DNA of 64,000 nt from Flavitalea sp. (GTDB lineage Bacteria; Bacteroidota; Bacteroidia; Chitinophagales; Chitinophagaceae). The stretch is taken from assembly GCA_035525775.1 (NCBI GenBank), contig DATLDR010000243.1:1587-65586 (forward strand), given 5' to 3'. Every line of letters starts with the position of its first letter. Within the stretch, counting starts at the first letter, position 1. Of the stretch, positions 28,744-38,808 are shown one piece after another. The notes below the pieces were generated by a model, which saw only the letters and a list, made by a program, of their open reading frames with translations, searched no databases and was not told where the DNA came from. The translations under genes were made by a program, and so were the position numbers.

Positions 28744-30173
28744 ATCATTTTGACATGACAATTTTTATGAACAGGAAATTATACATGAGATCAATACCAG
28801 TTCTTTTGCTGGCAACTTTGGCAATAACAGCTTCTGCACAGGACACCACTTATGCTATGTCGGTTAAGCAGGCAGTAGAGTATGCTACAGAAAACAGTTA
28901 CCCGGTAAAAAATGCAATGATCGGAATAGATCTTCAGCGTCAGCAGAACAGGGAGATCACCGCAGCAGCTTATCCACAGCTGAATGGAAGTGCTAATACA
29001 TCATACTTCCCTAATGTTGCAGTGCAGAGCTTTCCGAACTTCATTGCTGCTGCTGCATATGGAGTGCTGGTACAGGAAGGTGTTAAAACAGGTGCAGGCA
29101 ATCCGATAGTGGCCCCATCTGATTTTGGGTTCGTAGAAGCGCAGTTCGGAACAAAGTATACTGCATCAGGCGGCGTCGATTTATCACAATTGCTTTTCGA
29201 CGGTCAGGTTTTTGTAGGCTTGCAGGCACGAAAAACAGCCATTCAGTTTGCCTCCAAAACAGCGGATGTTACTAAAGAACAGATAAAGGCAAACGTTTAC
29301 AAAATATACTATCAGCTGCAGGCAGGTAAACAGCAGATCGGTACAATCGATGCCAACATTACCAGATTTGAAAAATTACTGAACGATACAAAGGAAATAT
29401 TCAAAAACGGATTCGCTGAAAAACTGGATGTGAGCAAGGCGGAAGTAAGCTTAACCAACCTGCGTACAGAAAAACTTAAAATCCAAAACCGCCTGGAAAC
29501 AGGATATCTCGGATTAAAAATGCTGATGGGTATGCCCCTACAGGCGCAGCTTACGTTAACCGATTCTTTGCCTGAAAACATTTTCAGCCAGGAGATACTT
29601 GATACGAAATTTCAATATTCCGAAAGGGTAGAGCATGAACAACTTGATCTGAACAGGAAACTTAATGAATACAATATCAGAAGATTTAAGCTTAGTTACC
29701 TGCCAACTGTTTCTTTAAGCACTTCTTATTATAAGCTTGCACAGCGAAATGAGTTTAATTTTTTTAAAACAGGCGAACCATGGTTTCCGTCATCATCAAT
29801 CGCATTAAGAATCAACGTTCCAATTTTTGATGGTTTTGCAAAAGCTGCACGTGTGCGTACTGCCCAACTGCAGCTTGAACAAACAAACAACAATCTGAAG
29901 AACCTTGAGCTTAGCATTGACCGGGAGATCTCGGAAACGCGGATTAATCTAAGATCTGCAGTAGCTGCAATGGTATTCCAGAAAAAGAATATGGCCCTTG
30001 CAGAAGACGTATATAATCAGACAAAATTAAAATACGAACAGGGACTCGGATCTAATCTTGAAATCACCAATTCACAGGCAGAGCTCACAACGGCGCAGAA
30101 TAATTATTATTCTGCTCTTTATGATGCGATCGTTTCAAGAGTTGATTACCTGCGGGCAACCGGCAAGCTTTAA
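28740..30173 (+). CDS. TolC-family outer-membrane efflux protein
   Basis: Signal peptide (MRSIPVLLLATLAITASAQ) and a duplicated OEP-repeat architecture. The ATG at 28740 overlaps the tetR stop codon (ATGA). In-frame ATGs at 28767 and 28785 are alternative starts. Confidence 0.88.
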   Translation: MNHFDMTIFMNRKLYMRSIPVLLLATLAITASAQDTTYAMSVKQAVEYATENSYPVKNAMIGIDLQRQQNREITAAAYPQLNGSANTSYFPNVAVQSFPNFIAAAAYGVLVQEGVKTGAGNPIVAPSDFGFVEAQFGTKYTASGGVDLSQLLFDGQVFVGLQARKTAIQFASKTADVTKEQIKANVYKIYYQLQAGKQQIGTIDANITRFEKLLNDTKEIFKNGFAEKLDVSKAEVSLTNLRTEKLKIQNRLETGYLGLKMLMGMPLQAQLTLTDSLPENIFSQEILDTKFQYSERVEHEQLDLNRKLNEYNIRRFKLSYLPTVSLSTSYYKLAQRNEFNFFKTGEPWFPSSSIALRINVPIFDGFAKAARVRTAQLQLEQTNNNLKNLELSIDREISETRINLRSAVAAMVFQKKNMALAEDVYNQTKLKYEQGLGSNLEITNSQAELTTAQNNYYSALYDAIVSRVDYLRATGKL

Positions 30174-30212
30174 AAGATAAAATTGATTTTCAAATACTTC
30201 AAAATAAATAGC

Positions 30213-31373
30213 ATGTTTAAATTAACACCTGTATTGCTCACCATGATCCTCATAATGTCGTGCGGCAGCAGTTCAAAGGAGAGAAAAGGCGAAACAACAG
30301 ATAAGAAATCTGAGCTGAAACAGCTGAAAAATGAGCAGGCAAAATTGAATGAAAAGATACGCAGCATAGAAAATGATCTGGCGAAGTCCGATACTTCGGT
30401 TGCAGCAAATGCAAAGCTTGTTGAAATAAAAAGTATGGCGTCAGATAAGTTTACACATTTTATTGATCTGCAGGGAAAGGTTGATGCGGAGAATATTGCA
30501 TTTGTTGCTCCGCGCGGAATGGGCGGCCAGGTGAAATCAGTGTATGTAGCACAAGGCCAGGAAGTGAAAAAAGGCCAGCTTCTCATAAGGCTCGATGATG
30601 TTGTTGCCCGTCAGCAGGTTGAACAGCTTAAGGTGCAGCTCAACCTTGTGAATACACTTTACGAAAGAAGAAAAAATCTTTGGGACAAACAGATAGGAAC
30701 GGAAGTGGAATTGCTTCAGGCAAAAACAAATGTAGAAAACTTGCAGAAACAGCTGACAATGCTGAACGAACAGGTCAGCATGTTGAATGTACATGCTGAA
30801 ATGAATGGTGTGGCAGATATGGTGAACATCAAAGTAGGTGAATATTTTTCTCCGGCAACAGCGAGTGTAAAAGGCATAAGGATCGTGAATACGAATAATT
30901 TAAAAGTAACAGTTGAAGTGCCTGAAAGCTACCTGCATAAAGTTGATAAAGGATCTGTAATAGAGATCACTTTACCCGACATTAACAAAACGGTTACTTC
31001 TAAAGTGAGTGTAAAGGGAAGTATGATAGATCCTGCATCCCGTTCCTTTTATATTGAAGCTAAGATCCCTTCTTCAAAGGAATTTCATCCCAATCAGATT
31101 GCAATGGTAAGAATACAAGATTACCAGGCAAAAGATGCCATCACCATTCCGATGAACACTTTGCAGAATGACGAGAAAGGTAAATATGTGATGGTAGCCG
31201 TTAATGAGAATGGTAAATTATTAGCCAGAAAAAGGCAGGTAGAGGTTGGCGAGCTATATGGAAATAATCTTGAAGTAAAGACAGGGCTTAAACCAAATGA
31301 TTCACTTATCACACAAGGTTTTCAGGGATTATATGATGGTCAGCTAGTGGTTACAGGTGATAATAAATCTTAA
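30213..31373 (+). CDS. Efflux RND periplasmic adaptor (membrane fusion protein), lipoprotein
   Basis: The ATG at 30213 gives MFKLTPVLLTMILIMSCGSS, which includes a lipobox. A coiled-coil hairpin and beta-barrel domains follow. Confidence 0.9.
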   Translation: MFKLTPVLLTMILIMSCGSSSKERKGETTDKKSELKQLKNEQAKLNEKIRSIENDLAKSDTSVAANAKLVEIKSMASDKFTHFIDLQGKVDAENIAFVAPRGMGGQVKSVYVAQGQEVKKGQLLIRLDDVVARQQVEQLKVQLNLVNTLYERRKNLWDKQIGTEVELLQAKTNVENLQKQLTMLNEQVSMLNVHAEMNGVADMVNIKVGEYFSPATASVKGIRIVNTNNLKVTVEVPESYLHKVDKGSVIEITLPDINKTVTSKVSVKGSMIDPASRSFYIEAKIPSSKEFHPNQIAMVRIQDYQAKDAITIPMNTLQNDEKGKYVMVAVNENGKLLARKRQVEVGELYGNNLEVKTGLKPNDSLITQGFQGLYDGQLVVTGDNKS

Positions 31374-31409
31374 GAAAGGAATAGACAGCCAACACTACAA
31401 AAAATCATT

Positions 31410-34400
31410 ATGAGTTCATTAAATATTAAGGAGAGAATAAAACAGTTTAAGCCTACCACCTGGAGTATTAAAAACAGAACGTCGATTTATCTGTTGATGT
31501 TTTTCATTTCGCTTATCGGTATTACCCAGTTCTTCACTCTTCCCAAGGAACAATTTCCCGACCTGGTAATCCCTAAAATTTATATTCAGACTATTTATGT
31601 AGGTAACTCTCCAAAAGACATGGAGAACCTGGTTACCCAGCCGATAGAAAAGCAGCTTAAATCAATATCAGGTATAAAGATCGATAAGATTACGAGTACC
31701 TCCATTCAGGATTTTTCAGCCATCATCATTGATTTTGATGCATCGGAAAAAGTGGATGTGGCTTTGCAGAAAGTGAAGGATGCAGTGGATAAGGCAAAAC
31801 CTGATTTGCCAACTGACCTTACTGAAGAACCTTCAGTTAGGGATATTAATCTTTCTGACCTTCCCATCATGGCGATCAACCTGAGCGGTGATTATGATCC
31901 TATGCGTTTGAAAGAATTAGCGGATGATATGCAGGATAAGCTTGAAGAGCTTCCGCAGATCAACAGGGTAGATATAGTTGGTGCTGTAGAAAGAGAATTC
32001 CAGATTAATGTAGATCAGTACAGGATGCAAAGCTCGAACATAACGTTCGATGATATTGCAAATGCCGTTGCCCGCGAAAATCTTGATGTGTCGGGCGGTC
32101 TTCTTGAAGTGGGCAATATGAAAAGAAGCATGCAGCTGAAAGGACAATTCAAAACAGCTGCAGACATAGAAAAGATTATTGTGCGTAACACCAGTGGCAA
32201 CCCGATCTACCTGAAAGATATTGCTACTATAAAAGACACCACCAAAGAGAAAGAAAGCTACGCACGTCTCGAAGGAAAGAATGTGATCACTTTGAATGTC
32301 ATTAAGAGAAGTGGTGAAAATCTTATAGAAACAGCCGAACAGATAAAAAATTCTGTGGCTGAAATGAAGAAAACAGTTCTGCCACCTGATCTGAAGGTAG
32401 TGCTCACCGGCGACCTGAGTAAGAACGCAAGTCACTCATTCAATGATCTTGTGAATACTATAGTGATCGGATTTATACTGGTACTCATCATCCTGATGTT
32501 TTTCATGGGTGTTACCAATGCATTTTTCGTGGCACTCAGTGTGCCGCTCAGCATGTTCGTTGCTTTCATGTTTCTTCCGGCGGCAGATATGATGGTAGGA
32601 GCGAATGTTACACTGAACTTTATTGTACTGTTTGCGTTATTGTTCGGTCTTGGGATTATAGTGGATGACGCCATTGTGGTAATTGAAAATACACACAGGA
32701 TCTTTATTGAAGGAAGAGGAAGGATAAGTGCAGAACGTTCTGCAATGATGGCTGCGGGAGAAATTTTTATACCGGTACTGGCCGGAACACTCACAACACT
32801 GGCACCTTTCTTCCCGCTTCTGTTCTGGCCGGGACTCATTGGTAAGTTCATGATCTACCTGCCGGTGATGCTGATCTTTACTTTAACGGCTTCATTGATT
32901 GTGGCGTTTATCATGAACCCGGTATTCGCGGTTGATTTTATGAATCATCCTGAAGGTGGCACCCACAAGAAAACCGATATATTCAGGAAGAAAGGATTCT
33001 GGATTGGATTGATATTGGGAATTATTCTTGATGTAGTAGGATTTCCTTTTCTCGGTAACATTCTCCTGCTGATTATAATATTAGTTGTACTGAACAAATT
33101 TGTGATTGAAGGTGTTATCCGCGGATTCCAGAATCGTGTGTTACCGGCAATCATGGCCAGGTATGAGAAGATGCTATACTGGGCACTGAAAGGATGGCGG
33201 CCTGTATGGCTGCTGTTAGGAACCATCGGCTTGTTCCTGGTAAGCTTAATGATTTTTATTGGGGCAGTCGGTTCAAAACGGGTAGGAGTAGTATTCTTCC
33301 CGTCTGCAGATCCGAACTATGTGTATGTATACCTGAAGCTGCCTGTAGGAACTGATGTTGACTACACTGATTCAGTAACCAGGGTAATGGAAAAGCGTGT
33401 GTATAGCGCACTCGGAATGGAGAATGGCAAAAAAAATCCTCTAGTTGAAAGTGTTATATCGAACGTGGCAGTTGGTGCAAGTGACCCGAGCAGCGGCGAT
33501 CAGAGTACACGTCCCGAACTGGGCCGTATACAGGTTTCATTTATTGAATTCAAAAACAGACACGGAGTTTCTACTAAAAAGGTTCTTGACACTATCAGGC
33601 AATCGGTGAAAGGAATTCCCGGCGCAGAAATTTCAGTGAACCAGGAAGCATCAGGCCCGCCCGTAGACCCTCCGGTAAATATTGAAATCGCAAGCGAGGA
33701 TTTTGATAATCTTATTAAAACAGCAGTGGCTTTAAAAAACTACCTGGATTCTATCCAGGTGCCTGGCGTTGAAGAACTCAAAATGAATATAGATTTAACT
33801 AATCCTGAAGTTTCGCTTACTGTTGACCGTGAAAGGGCCATGATACAGGGTGTTTCATCTGCTCAGATTGGAATGCAGATAAGAACAGCGTTATTTGGCC
33901 GTGAGGTGTCACAAATTAAAGATGGAGAAGATGAATATAAGATCCAGCTCCGCAATGAAGAATTGCAAAGAAAGAGTTTGCCTGATCTGTTGAACATGAA
34001 TATCACTTTTCGTGATATGGCTTCAGGGCTTGTAAAACATGTACCGATCAGTTCACTCGTTAAAGTTGATTACACCACCACTCTTGGAAGTGTAAAAAGA
34101 AAGGATAACAAACGGTCAATCATTTTACGTTCAAATGTGCTGGAATCGGAAGGATACAATGCCAACGGCGTGAATGCAGAATTAAAATCTCATATCAACA
34201 ATTTTACCGGCATTCAGGAAGGAGTAACGATCAGGCAGACAGGCGAAAGTGAGCAGCAGGCTGAAACAGGCGCATTTCTTGCGAAAGCACTTGTATATGC
34301 TTTAATGATCATTCTTTTCATACTCGTTATTCAGTTCAATTCAATAAGCAAATCTGTAATCATACTTACTGAGATCGTATTCAGCATAATTGGAGTTTTT

Positions 34401-35000
34401 CTTGGCTTTGCATTAACAGGCATGGATGTATCCGTAGCAATGACTGGCCTGGGTGTGGTTGGCCTTGCAGGCATAGTGGTGAAGAATGGCATCCTTGTGA
34501 TTGAATTTGCAGATGAGCTGCGGGCACGTGGAATGAAAACACGTGAGGCGGTAATTAAAGCCGGCAAAACCCGTATTATACCAGTATTGCTTACTGCTCT
34601 TGCTGCGATCTTTGGTCTGATACCACTTGGCATTGGCTTCAATATCAATTTCGTAACCATGTTTGAAAAACTGGATCCGCAGATCTGGTTTGGAGGAGAC
34701 AGTGCGTCATTCTGGAAACCCCTGGCATGGACGATCATCTTCGGTCTTATTTCAGCATTCTTTATGACGCTTGTAATCGTTCCATCAATGTACCTTATTG
34801 CAGAAAGATTACGACGACCAATGAGAAGAATGTTCGGTGGTAAATGGGTATCCATGATGGGTATTCCTCCGTTAATTATTATTTTTATGTTTATGATGAT
34901 GGCATCTTCATTGTATCATTCGTGGGTAGAAGTTCCAAGGCGAAGAAGAAAACTGGCTGGAGCTAACGTTGACGAAAAATTCATTAAGAGCTGGTTTTGA
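31410..35000 (+). CDS. Efflux RND transporter permease (AcrB/HAE-type), unusually long at 1196 aa
   Basis: 12-TM AcrB-like layout with two large periplasmic loops and the conserved TM4 sequence GLGIIVDDAIVVIEN. It also has an extra hydrophobic insert and a C-terminal extension. Confidence 0.95.
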   Translation: MSSLNIKERIKQFKPTTWSIKNRTSIYLLMFFISLIGITQFFTLPKEQFPDLVIPKIYIQTIYVGNSPKDMENLVTQPIEKQLKSISGIKIDKITSTSIQDFSAIIIDFDASEKVDVALQKVKDAVDKAKPDLPTDLTEEPSVRDINLSDLPIMAINLSGDYDPMRLKELADDMQDKLEELPQINRVDIVGAVEREFQINVDQYRMQSSNITFDDIANAVARENLDVSGGLLEVGNMKRSMQLKGQFKTAADIEKIIVRNTSGNPIYLKDIATIKDTTKEKESYARLEGKNVITLNVIKRSGENLIETAEQIKNSVAEMKKTVLPPDLKVVLTGDLSKNASHSFNDLVNTIVIGFILVLIILMFFMGVTNAFFVALSVPLSMFVAFMFLPAADMMVGANVTLNFIVLFALLFGLGIIVDDAIVVIENTHRIFIEGRGRISAERSAMMAAGEIFIPVLAGTLTTLAPFFPLLFWPGLIGKFMIYLPVMLIFTLTASLIVAFIMNPVFAVDFMNHPEGGTHKKTDIFRKKGFWIGLILGIILDVVGFPFLGNILLLIIILVVLNKFVIEGVIRGFQNRVLPAIMARYEKMLYWALKGWRPVWLLLGTIGLFLVSLMIFIGAVGSKRVGVVFFPSADPNYVYVYLKLPVGTDVDYTDSVTRVMEKRVYSALGMENGKKNPLVESVISNVAVGASDPSSGDQSTRPELGRIQVSFIEFKNRHGVSTKKVLDTIRQSVKGIPGAEISVNQEASGPPVDPPVNIEIASEDFDNLIKTAVALKNYLDSIQVPGVEELKMNIDLTNPEVSLTVDRERAMIQGVSSAQIGMQIRTALFGREVSQIKDGEDEYKIQLRNEELQRKSLPDLLNMNITFRDMASGLVKHVPISSLVKVDYTTTLGSVKRKDNKRSIILRSNVLESEGYNANGVNAELKSHINNFTGIQEGVTIRQTGESEQQAETGAFLAKALVYALMIILFILVIQFNSISKSVIILTEIVFSIIGVFLGFALTGMDVSVAMTGLGVVGLAGIVVKNGILVIEFADELRARGMKTREAVIKAGKTRIIPVLLTALAAIFGLIPLGIGFNINFVTMFEKLDPQIWFGGDSASFWKPLAWTIIFGLISAFFMTLVIVPSMYLIAERLRRPMRRMFGGKWVSMMGIPPLIIIFMFMMMASSLYHSWVEVPRRRRKLAGANVDEKFIKSWF

Positions 35001-35022
35001 TTAACCGGAAAAAACTACTTGT

Positions 35023-35814
35023 ATGATAACAAATCATGAAATAGACTACCGGATCCATGGCGAAGAAATGCAGTATGTGGACGTTGAACTGGATCCTTCA
35101 GAAACTGCAATCGCTGAAAGTGGTGCATTTATGATGATGCAGGATGGTATTGAAATGCAAACAATTTTTGGTGACGGATCAAAGCCACAGCAGGGAATTT
35201 TAGGCAAGTTGATGTCAGCCGGCAAGCGTGTGCTTACCGGCGAAAGCCTGTTTATGACAGCATTCACTAATACCAGCCAGGGTAAAAGGAAAGTTAGCTT
35301 TGCCTCACCATATCCCGGCAAGATCATTCCATTGGATCTGATGAGAATGGGTGGTAAAGTAGTTTGCCAGAAAGATTCTTTTCTGTGTGCAGCAAAAGGG
35401 GTGTCGATAGGAATTGAATTTCAGCGTAAGCTTGGAACAGGATTATTTGGTGGCGAAGGATTCATTATGCAAAAACTCGAAGGTGATGGAATGGCATTTG
35501 TTCATGCAGGTGGTCATGTAACTGAAAGGGAACTTCAGCCAGGTGAGTTGCTTAATATCGATACCGGTTGCGTTGTAGCCTTTACACAAACTGTGAATTA
35601 TGACATTCAGTTTGTTGGTGGAATTAAAAATAGTTTGTTCGGAGGTGAAGGATTATTCTTTGCAACACTTCGCGGTCCGGGTAAAGTATGGATACAAACT
35701 TTACCGATCAGCAGGCTTGCAGGACGAATACTGGCGTATGGCACATACAAGCGCAAAGAAGAAGGAAGTTTGCTTGGCGGAATAGGGAACGTTCTCGATG
35801 GAGATGGATGGTAA
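35023..35814 (+). CDS. TIGR00266 / AIM24-family protein
   Basis: 263 aa with the typical N-terminus (Y.I.G...Q.V.V.L.P.E...AE.GA...M) and the GGEG.F motif. It starts 22 nt after the RND stop codon. Confidence 0.85.
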   Translation: MITNHEIDYRIHGEEMQYVDVELDPSETAIAESGAFMMMQDGIEMQTIFGDGSKPQQGILGKLMSAGKRVLTGESLFMTAFTNTSQGKRKVSFASPYPGKIIPLDLMRMGGKVVCQKDSFLCAAKGVSIGIEFQRKLGTGLFGGEGFIMQKLEGDGMAFVHAGGHVTERELQPGELLNIDTGCVVAFTQTVNYDIQFVGGIKNSLFGGEGLFFATLRGPGKVWIQTLPISRLAGRILAYGTYKRKEEGSLLGGIGNVLDGDGW

Positions 35815-35826
35815 CGGCCAAAAATT

Positions 35827-37050
35827 TTACTTTTTTTGTTGCGGTGGCCTTCGGTCAGGTTTCACATTCCGATCATTGCGATCATTCTTTTGAGGAGGTC
35901 TCGCATCTCTTCTCTGTTGTTGAGGGGGTGGGGTATTCGCCCTTTTTCTTTTTTCAGCTTTTTCCAAAGTCCTAAGACTAATTTGTCCTACTAAATCAAC
36001 AAATTCCGGTTCAACCTCTTTAGGCTTGTTACTTGTTACTTCAACTGCTTCAAGATCCAGGGGAACTATATTTTTACTGTTTTCAAATTTTATTTTTTTG
36101 ACCCTTTCTATAGTAAGTGGATATTGTTTTGAGCTGTCGGGAAGAACATACCACATGAGGTTCCTGAAAATATCCTTCTTGATAAGTATCGCAGTTCCTT
36201 TCGCTACCTGCAGGGTATCTGCATTATCAGGAAAAGACTGTAATGCATCGAGGTAAGTATCCAGTTCATAATTAAGGCAGCATTTTAATCTTCCGCATTG
36301 ACCGCTGAGCTTACTCTGGTTGATAGAAAGATTCTGATACCGTGCTGCCGTGGTATTTACTGATTTAAAATCAGTGAGCCAGGTACTGCAGCAAAGTTCC
36401 CTGCCGCAACTTCCGATTCCTCCAATCTTGCCGGCTTCCTGCCTTGCACCGATCTGGCGCATTTCCACCTTGATCCTGAATTCTTTTGCGAAAATTTTAA
36501 TAAGCTCCCGGAAGTCTACGCGGTCATCAGCAATATAATAGAAGGTTGCTTTTCTTCCATCTGCCTGAAATTCGACTTCACTAATTTTCATTTCGAGATT
36601 AAGCTGCTTCGCAATTGCTCTTGAACGGATAACCGCTTCCGCCTCCCTCGCTTTATTCAGCATCATCACATCAATATCCCTGTCTGTAGCTTTGCGCAAG
36701 ATCTTGCGCATGTCAGGGTCCGACTCGTTAATACCTTTTTTCTTTAACTGAAGGCGCACTACTTCTCCTGTCAGATTAACCATACCCAAATCAAAACCAC
36801 TCACACCCTCAACGGCAACCATGTCGCCCTTATCAAAAAAGTTTATGGTATTGTTCCTGTAATAATCTTTACGGCTACCGTTGTTGAAGCTCACTTCAAT
36901 GATACGGCATGCGCTTTCAGGATCTCTAAATGGAAGATTAGCAAGCCAATCGTAAACATTCATACGGTTACAACTACCGCTGCTGCATCCACCGTTGCTT
37001 TTACATCCCGGCGCTTTATCACTACCCGTTCCACACGAACTACAACCCAT
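35827..37050 (-). CDS. PSP1-domain protein (RicT/YaaT-like)
   Basis: Cys-rich N-terminus and a PSP1 C-terminal-domain core (..ARQEAGKIGGIGSCGRELCCSTWL..QCGRLKCCLNYE). The basic tail is rich in Pro and Gln. It lies next to holB, as in Bacillus. Confidence 0.85.
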   Translation of the reverse strand: MGCSSCGTGSDKAPGCKSNGGCSSGSCNRMNVYDWLANLPFRDPESACRIIEVSFNNGSRKDYYRNNTINFFDKGDMVAVEGVSGFDLGMVNLTGEVVRLQLKKKGINESDPDMRKILRKATDRDIDVMMLNKAREAEAVIRSRAIAKQLNLEMKISEVEFQADGRKATFYYIADDRVDFRELIKIFAKEFRIKVEMRQIGARQEAGKIGGIGSCGRELCCSTWLTDFKSVNTTAARYQNLSINQSKLSGQCGRLKCCLNYELDTYLDALQSFPDNADTLQVAKGTAILIKKDIFRNLMWYVLPDSSKQYPLTIERVKKIKFENSKNIVPLDLEAVEVTSNKPKEVEPEFVDLVGQISLRTLEKAEKRKRANTPPPQQQRRDARPPQKNDRNDRNVKPDRRPPQQKK

Positions 37051-37113
37051 TGGTATATTTTTTCTTTATGATCTTCGCCTAACGTGCAGTAATATAAATT
37101 GTTATACTGTTCG

Positions 37114-38250
37114 TCAGGTTGTCAAAATTAAGGATTTATCGGCAATGATATGGTAGAGCTTAATCGTGAGAGCATGGAAAAGCATTTTCGCATTAGCATT
37201 TCTTTCTATATAATAAGACGCTTTGTCAAGTTCTTCGATCATAGCCTGCTGTTGTTCAATACCTGCCATTTTGTTGAGCCTCAACGCAAAATCTTTCTCG
37301 TTTTCCGGTATTGGCAATTCAATTCCATTCATAACCTGGAGCTTTATCGCCTGTGAAAGCAAATGATTAAAATAACGCAAAAACTGTTTTTGCTTTTCCC
37401 GGCCGTGCTTGCTTATCTCTTCAATCCATTTAACCTGTGCAACCGGACCTGATTTCATTATTGCGTTCAACCAGTCACGCAACAGCGATTGCCAGTCTTC
37501 ACCTGCATGTTGTATGATCTGAAGTGACTCACGAAAATTACCGCCGGATACCGAAGCAATCTGCCTGGCCTGCTCTTTGGTTATTTTTGATTTAAGCACC
37601 AGTTGCTCTTCAATTGCGTCAACAGAAATTGGCGGAACCCTCACGAGTTGTGTCCTTGATATGATAGTGGATAACACCATCGACTCATTTTCCGCCACCA
37701 GTATAAAGATTGTATTGGCAGGAGGCTCTTCAATCAACTTCAATAACTTATTGCCTTCTTTTTCCAGGTATTCCGGCATCCACATCACGAGTATCTTAAA
37801 GTTGCTCTCAAAACTTTTAAGACTCAGCTTATGAATGATCTCATTGCATTCCATAGCAGTAATATTACCCTGCTTATTTTCTGCACCGATAAATTGCAGC
37901 CAGTCATACACATTCCCGTAAGGAAACTGAGCAATAAATTCCCGCCATTCTGGAATATAGTCTGTACTTACAGGCTTATCACCAGGCTTTTTTGCAATTA
38001 CCGGATAAGAAAAATGTATGTCAGGGTGAACGAGATGTGAAGCTTTTTTACAGGCATTGCAAACACCACAAGATTCATTGGATAAAGGTGATTCGCAAAT
38101 AATGTATTGTGCAAACGCAATAGCTAGTGGTAACGCCCCGCTTCCTTCTTTTCCTGTAAATAAAAGGGCGTGACTCAGCCTGTTGAGGCTAACCATTTCC
38201 GCAAGATGCTTTTTTAAATCCTGCTGGCCAATAACGTCACGGAACTGCAT
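37114..38250 (-). CDS. holB: DNA polymerase III subunit delta-prime
   Basis: N-terminus MQFRDVIGQQ..L......NRLSHALLFTGKEGSG, a zinc-module-like CGVCNACKK, and the AAA+ clamp-loader fold. Confidence 0.85.
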   Translation of the reverse strand: MQFRDVIGQQDLKKHLAEMVSLNRLSHALLFTGKEGSGALPLAIAFAQYIICESPLSNESCGVCNACKKASHLVHPDIHFSYPVIAKKPGDKPVSTDYIPEWREFIAQFPYGNVYDWLQFIGAENKQGNITAMECNEIIHKLSLKSFESNFKILVMWMPEYLEKEGNKLLKLIEEPPANTIFILVAENESMVLSTIISRTQLVRVPPISVDAIEEQLVLKSKITKEQARQIASVSGGNFRESLQIIQHAGEDWQSLLRDWLNAIMKSGPVAQVKWIEEISKHGREKQKQFLRYFNHLLSQAIKLQVMNGIELPIPENEKDFALRLNKMAGIEQQQAMIEELDKASYYIERNANAKMLFHALTIKLYHIIADKSLILTT

Positions 38251-38771
38251 TAATTCTTAGCTATTGCCGATAAGATCTCATCACTCATTGGCAGAACCTT
38301 ATTATGAAAAACTTTTACAAGCTTTCCGTTTTCATCAATCAGGAATTTTGTAAAATTCCATTTTATAGGATCTTTTTCTCCTAACTTCTCTGCTTCAGCT
38401 AAGAGATATTTGAATAATGGATGAATGTCTTCTCCTTTAACTGAAACCTTTTCAGCCATCGGAAATGTTACACCATAATTTTTCTGACAAAAAGTTTTTA
38501 TCTCGTTATTTGAACCTGGTTCCTGCCCTCCGAAATTATTTGCTGGAAATCCAACGATTACGAGGTTGTCGCCATGTGATTTATACAATTCTTCGAGTGC
38601 TGCGTATTGGGGTGTATTACCACACTGAGAAGCCGTATTGACAATAAGAATTTTTTTGCCTTTGAATTTAGAAAAGTCGATTGTTCCGCCGTCAAGAGAA
38701 GTTACCTTAAAATCATATATAGATGATACTACCAACATCATCAATCCGGATAAAATTAAAAGCTTGAGCAT
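38250..38771 (-). CDS. Glutathione peroxidase (Cys-type), secreted
   Basis: VNTASQCGNTPQY active-site region, FPANNFGGQEPG and WNFTKFLI. Its stop codon overlaps the holB start (TAATG). Confidence 0.92.
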   Translation of the reverse strand: MLKLLILSGLMMLVVSSIYDFKVTSLDGGTIDFSKFKGKKILIVNTASQCGNTPQYAALEELYKSHGDNLVIVGFPANNFGGQEPGSNNEIKTFCQKNYGVTFPMAEKVSVKGEDIHPLFKYLLAEAEKLGEKDPIKWNFTKFLIDENGKLVKVFHNKVLPMSDEILSAIAKN

Positions 38772-38808
38772 ATGTATGTTTATTTAGAATATAGACACAA
38801 AGATCGCA

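Noticed and set aside
31917-34855. Three long antisense ORFs inside the RND permease gene (31917-32435 at 172 aa, 32432-32851 at 139 aa, 34331-34855 at 174 aa)
   Set aside because: They lie fully within a confidently assigned 1196-aa gene. Their translations are low-complexity (Ser/Pro/Ile/Arg-rich) with no recognisable motifs. Long antisense frames are a common artefact opposite genes encoding hydrophobic membrane proteins.
35827-35960. Low-complexity, repeat-like DNA at the 3' end of the PSP1 gene (GATCATT duplication; encodes a ..NDRNDRN..PPQQ.. tail)
   Set aside because: It is in frame within the PSP1 ORF and encodes a basic, Pro/Gln-rich disordered tail. It is not an independent repeat element or CRISPR-like array.
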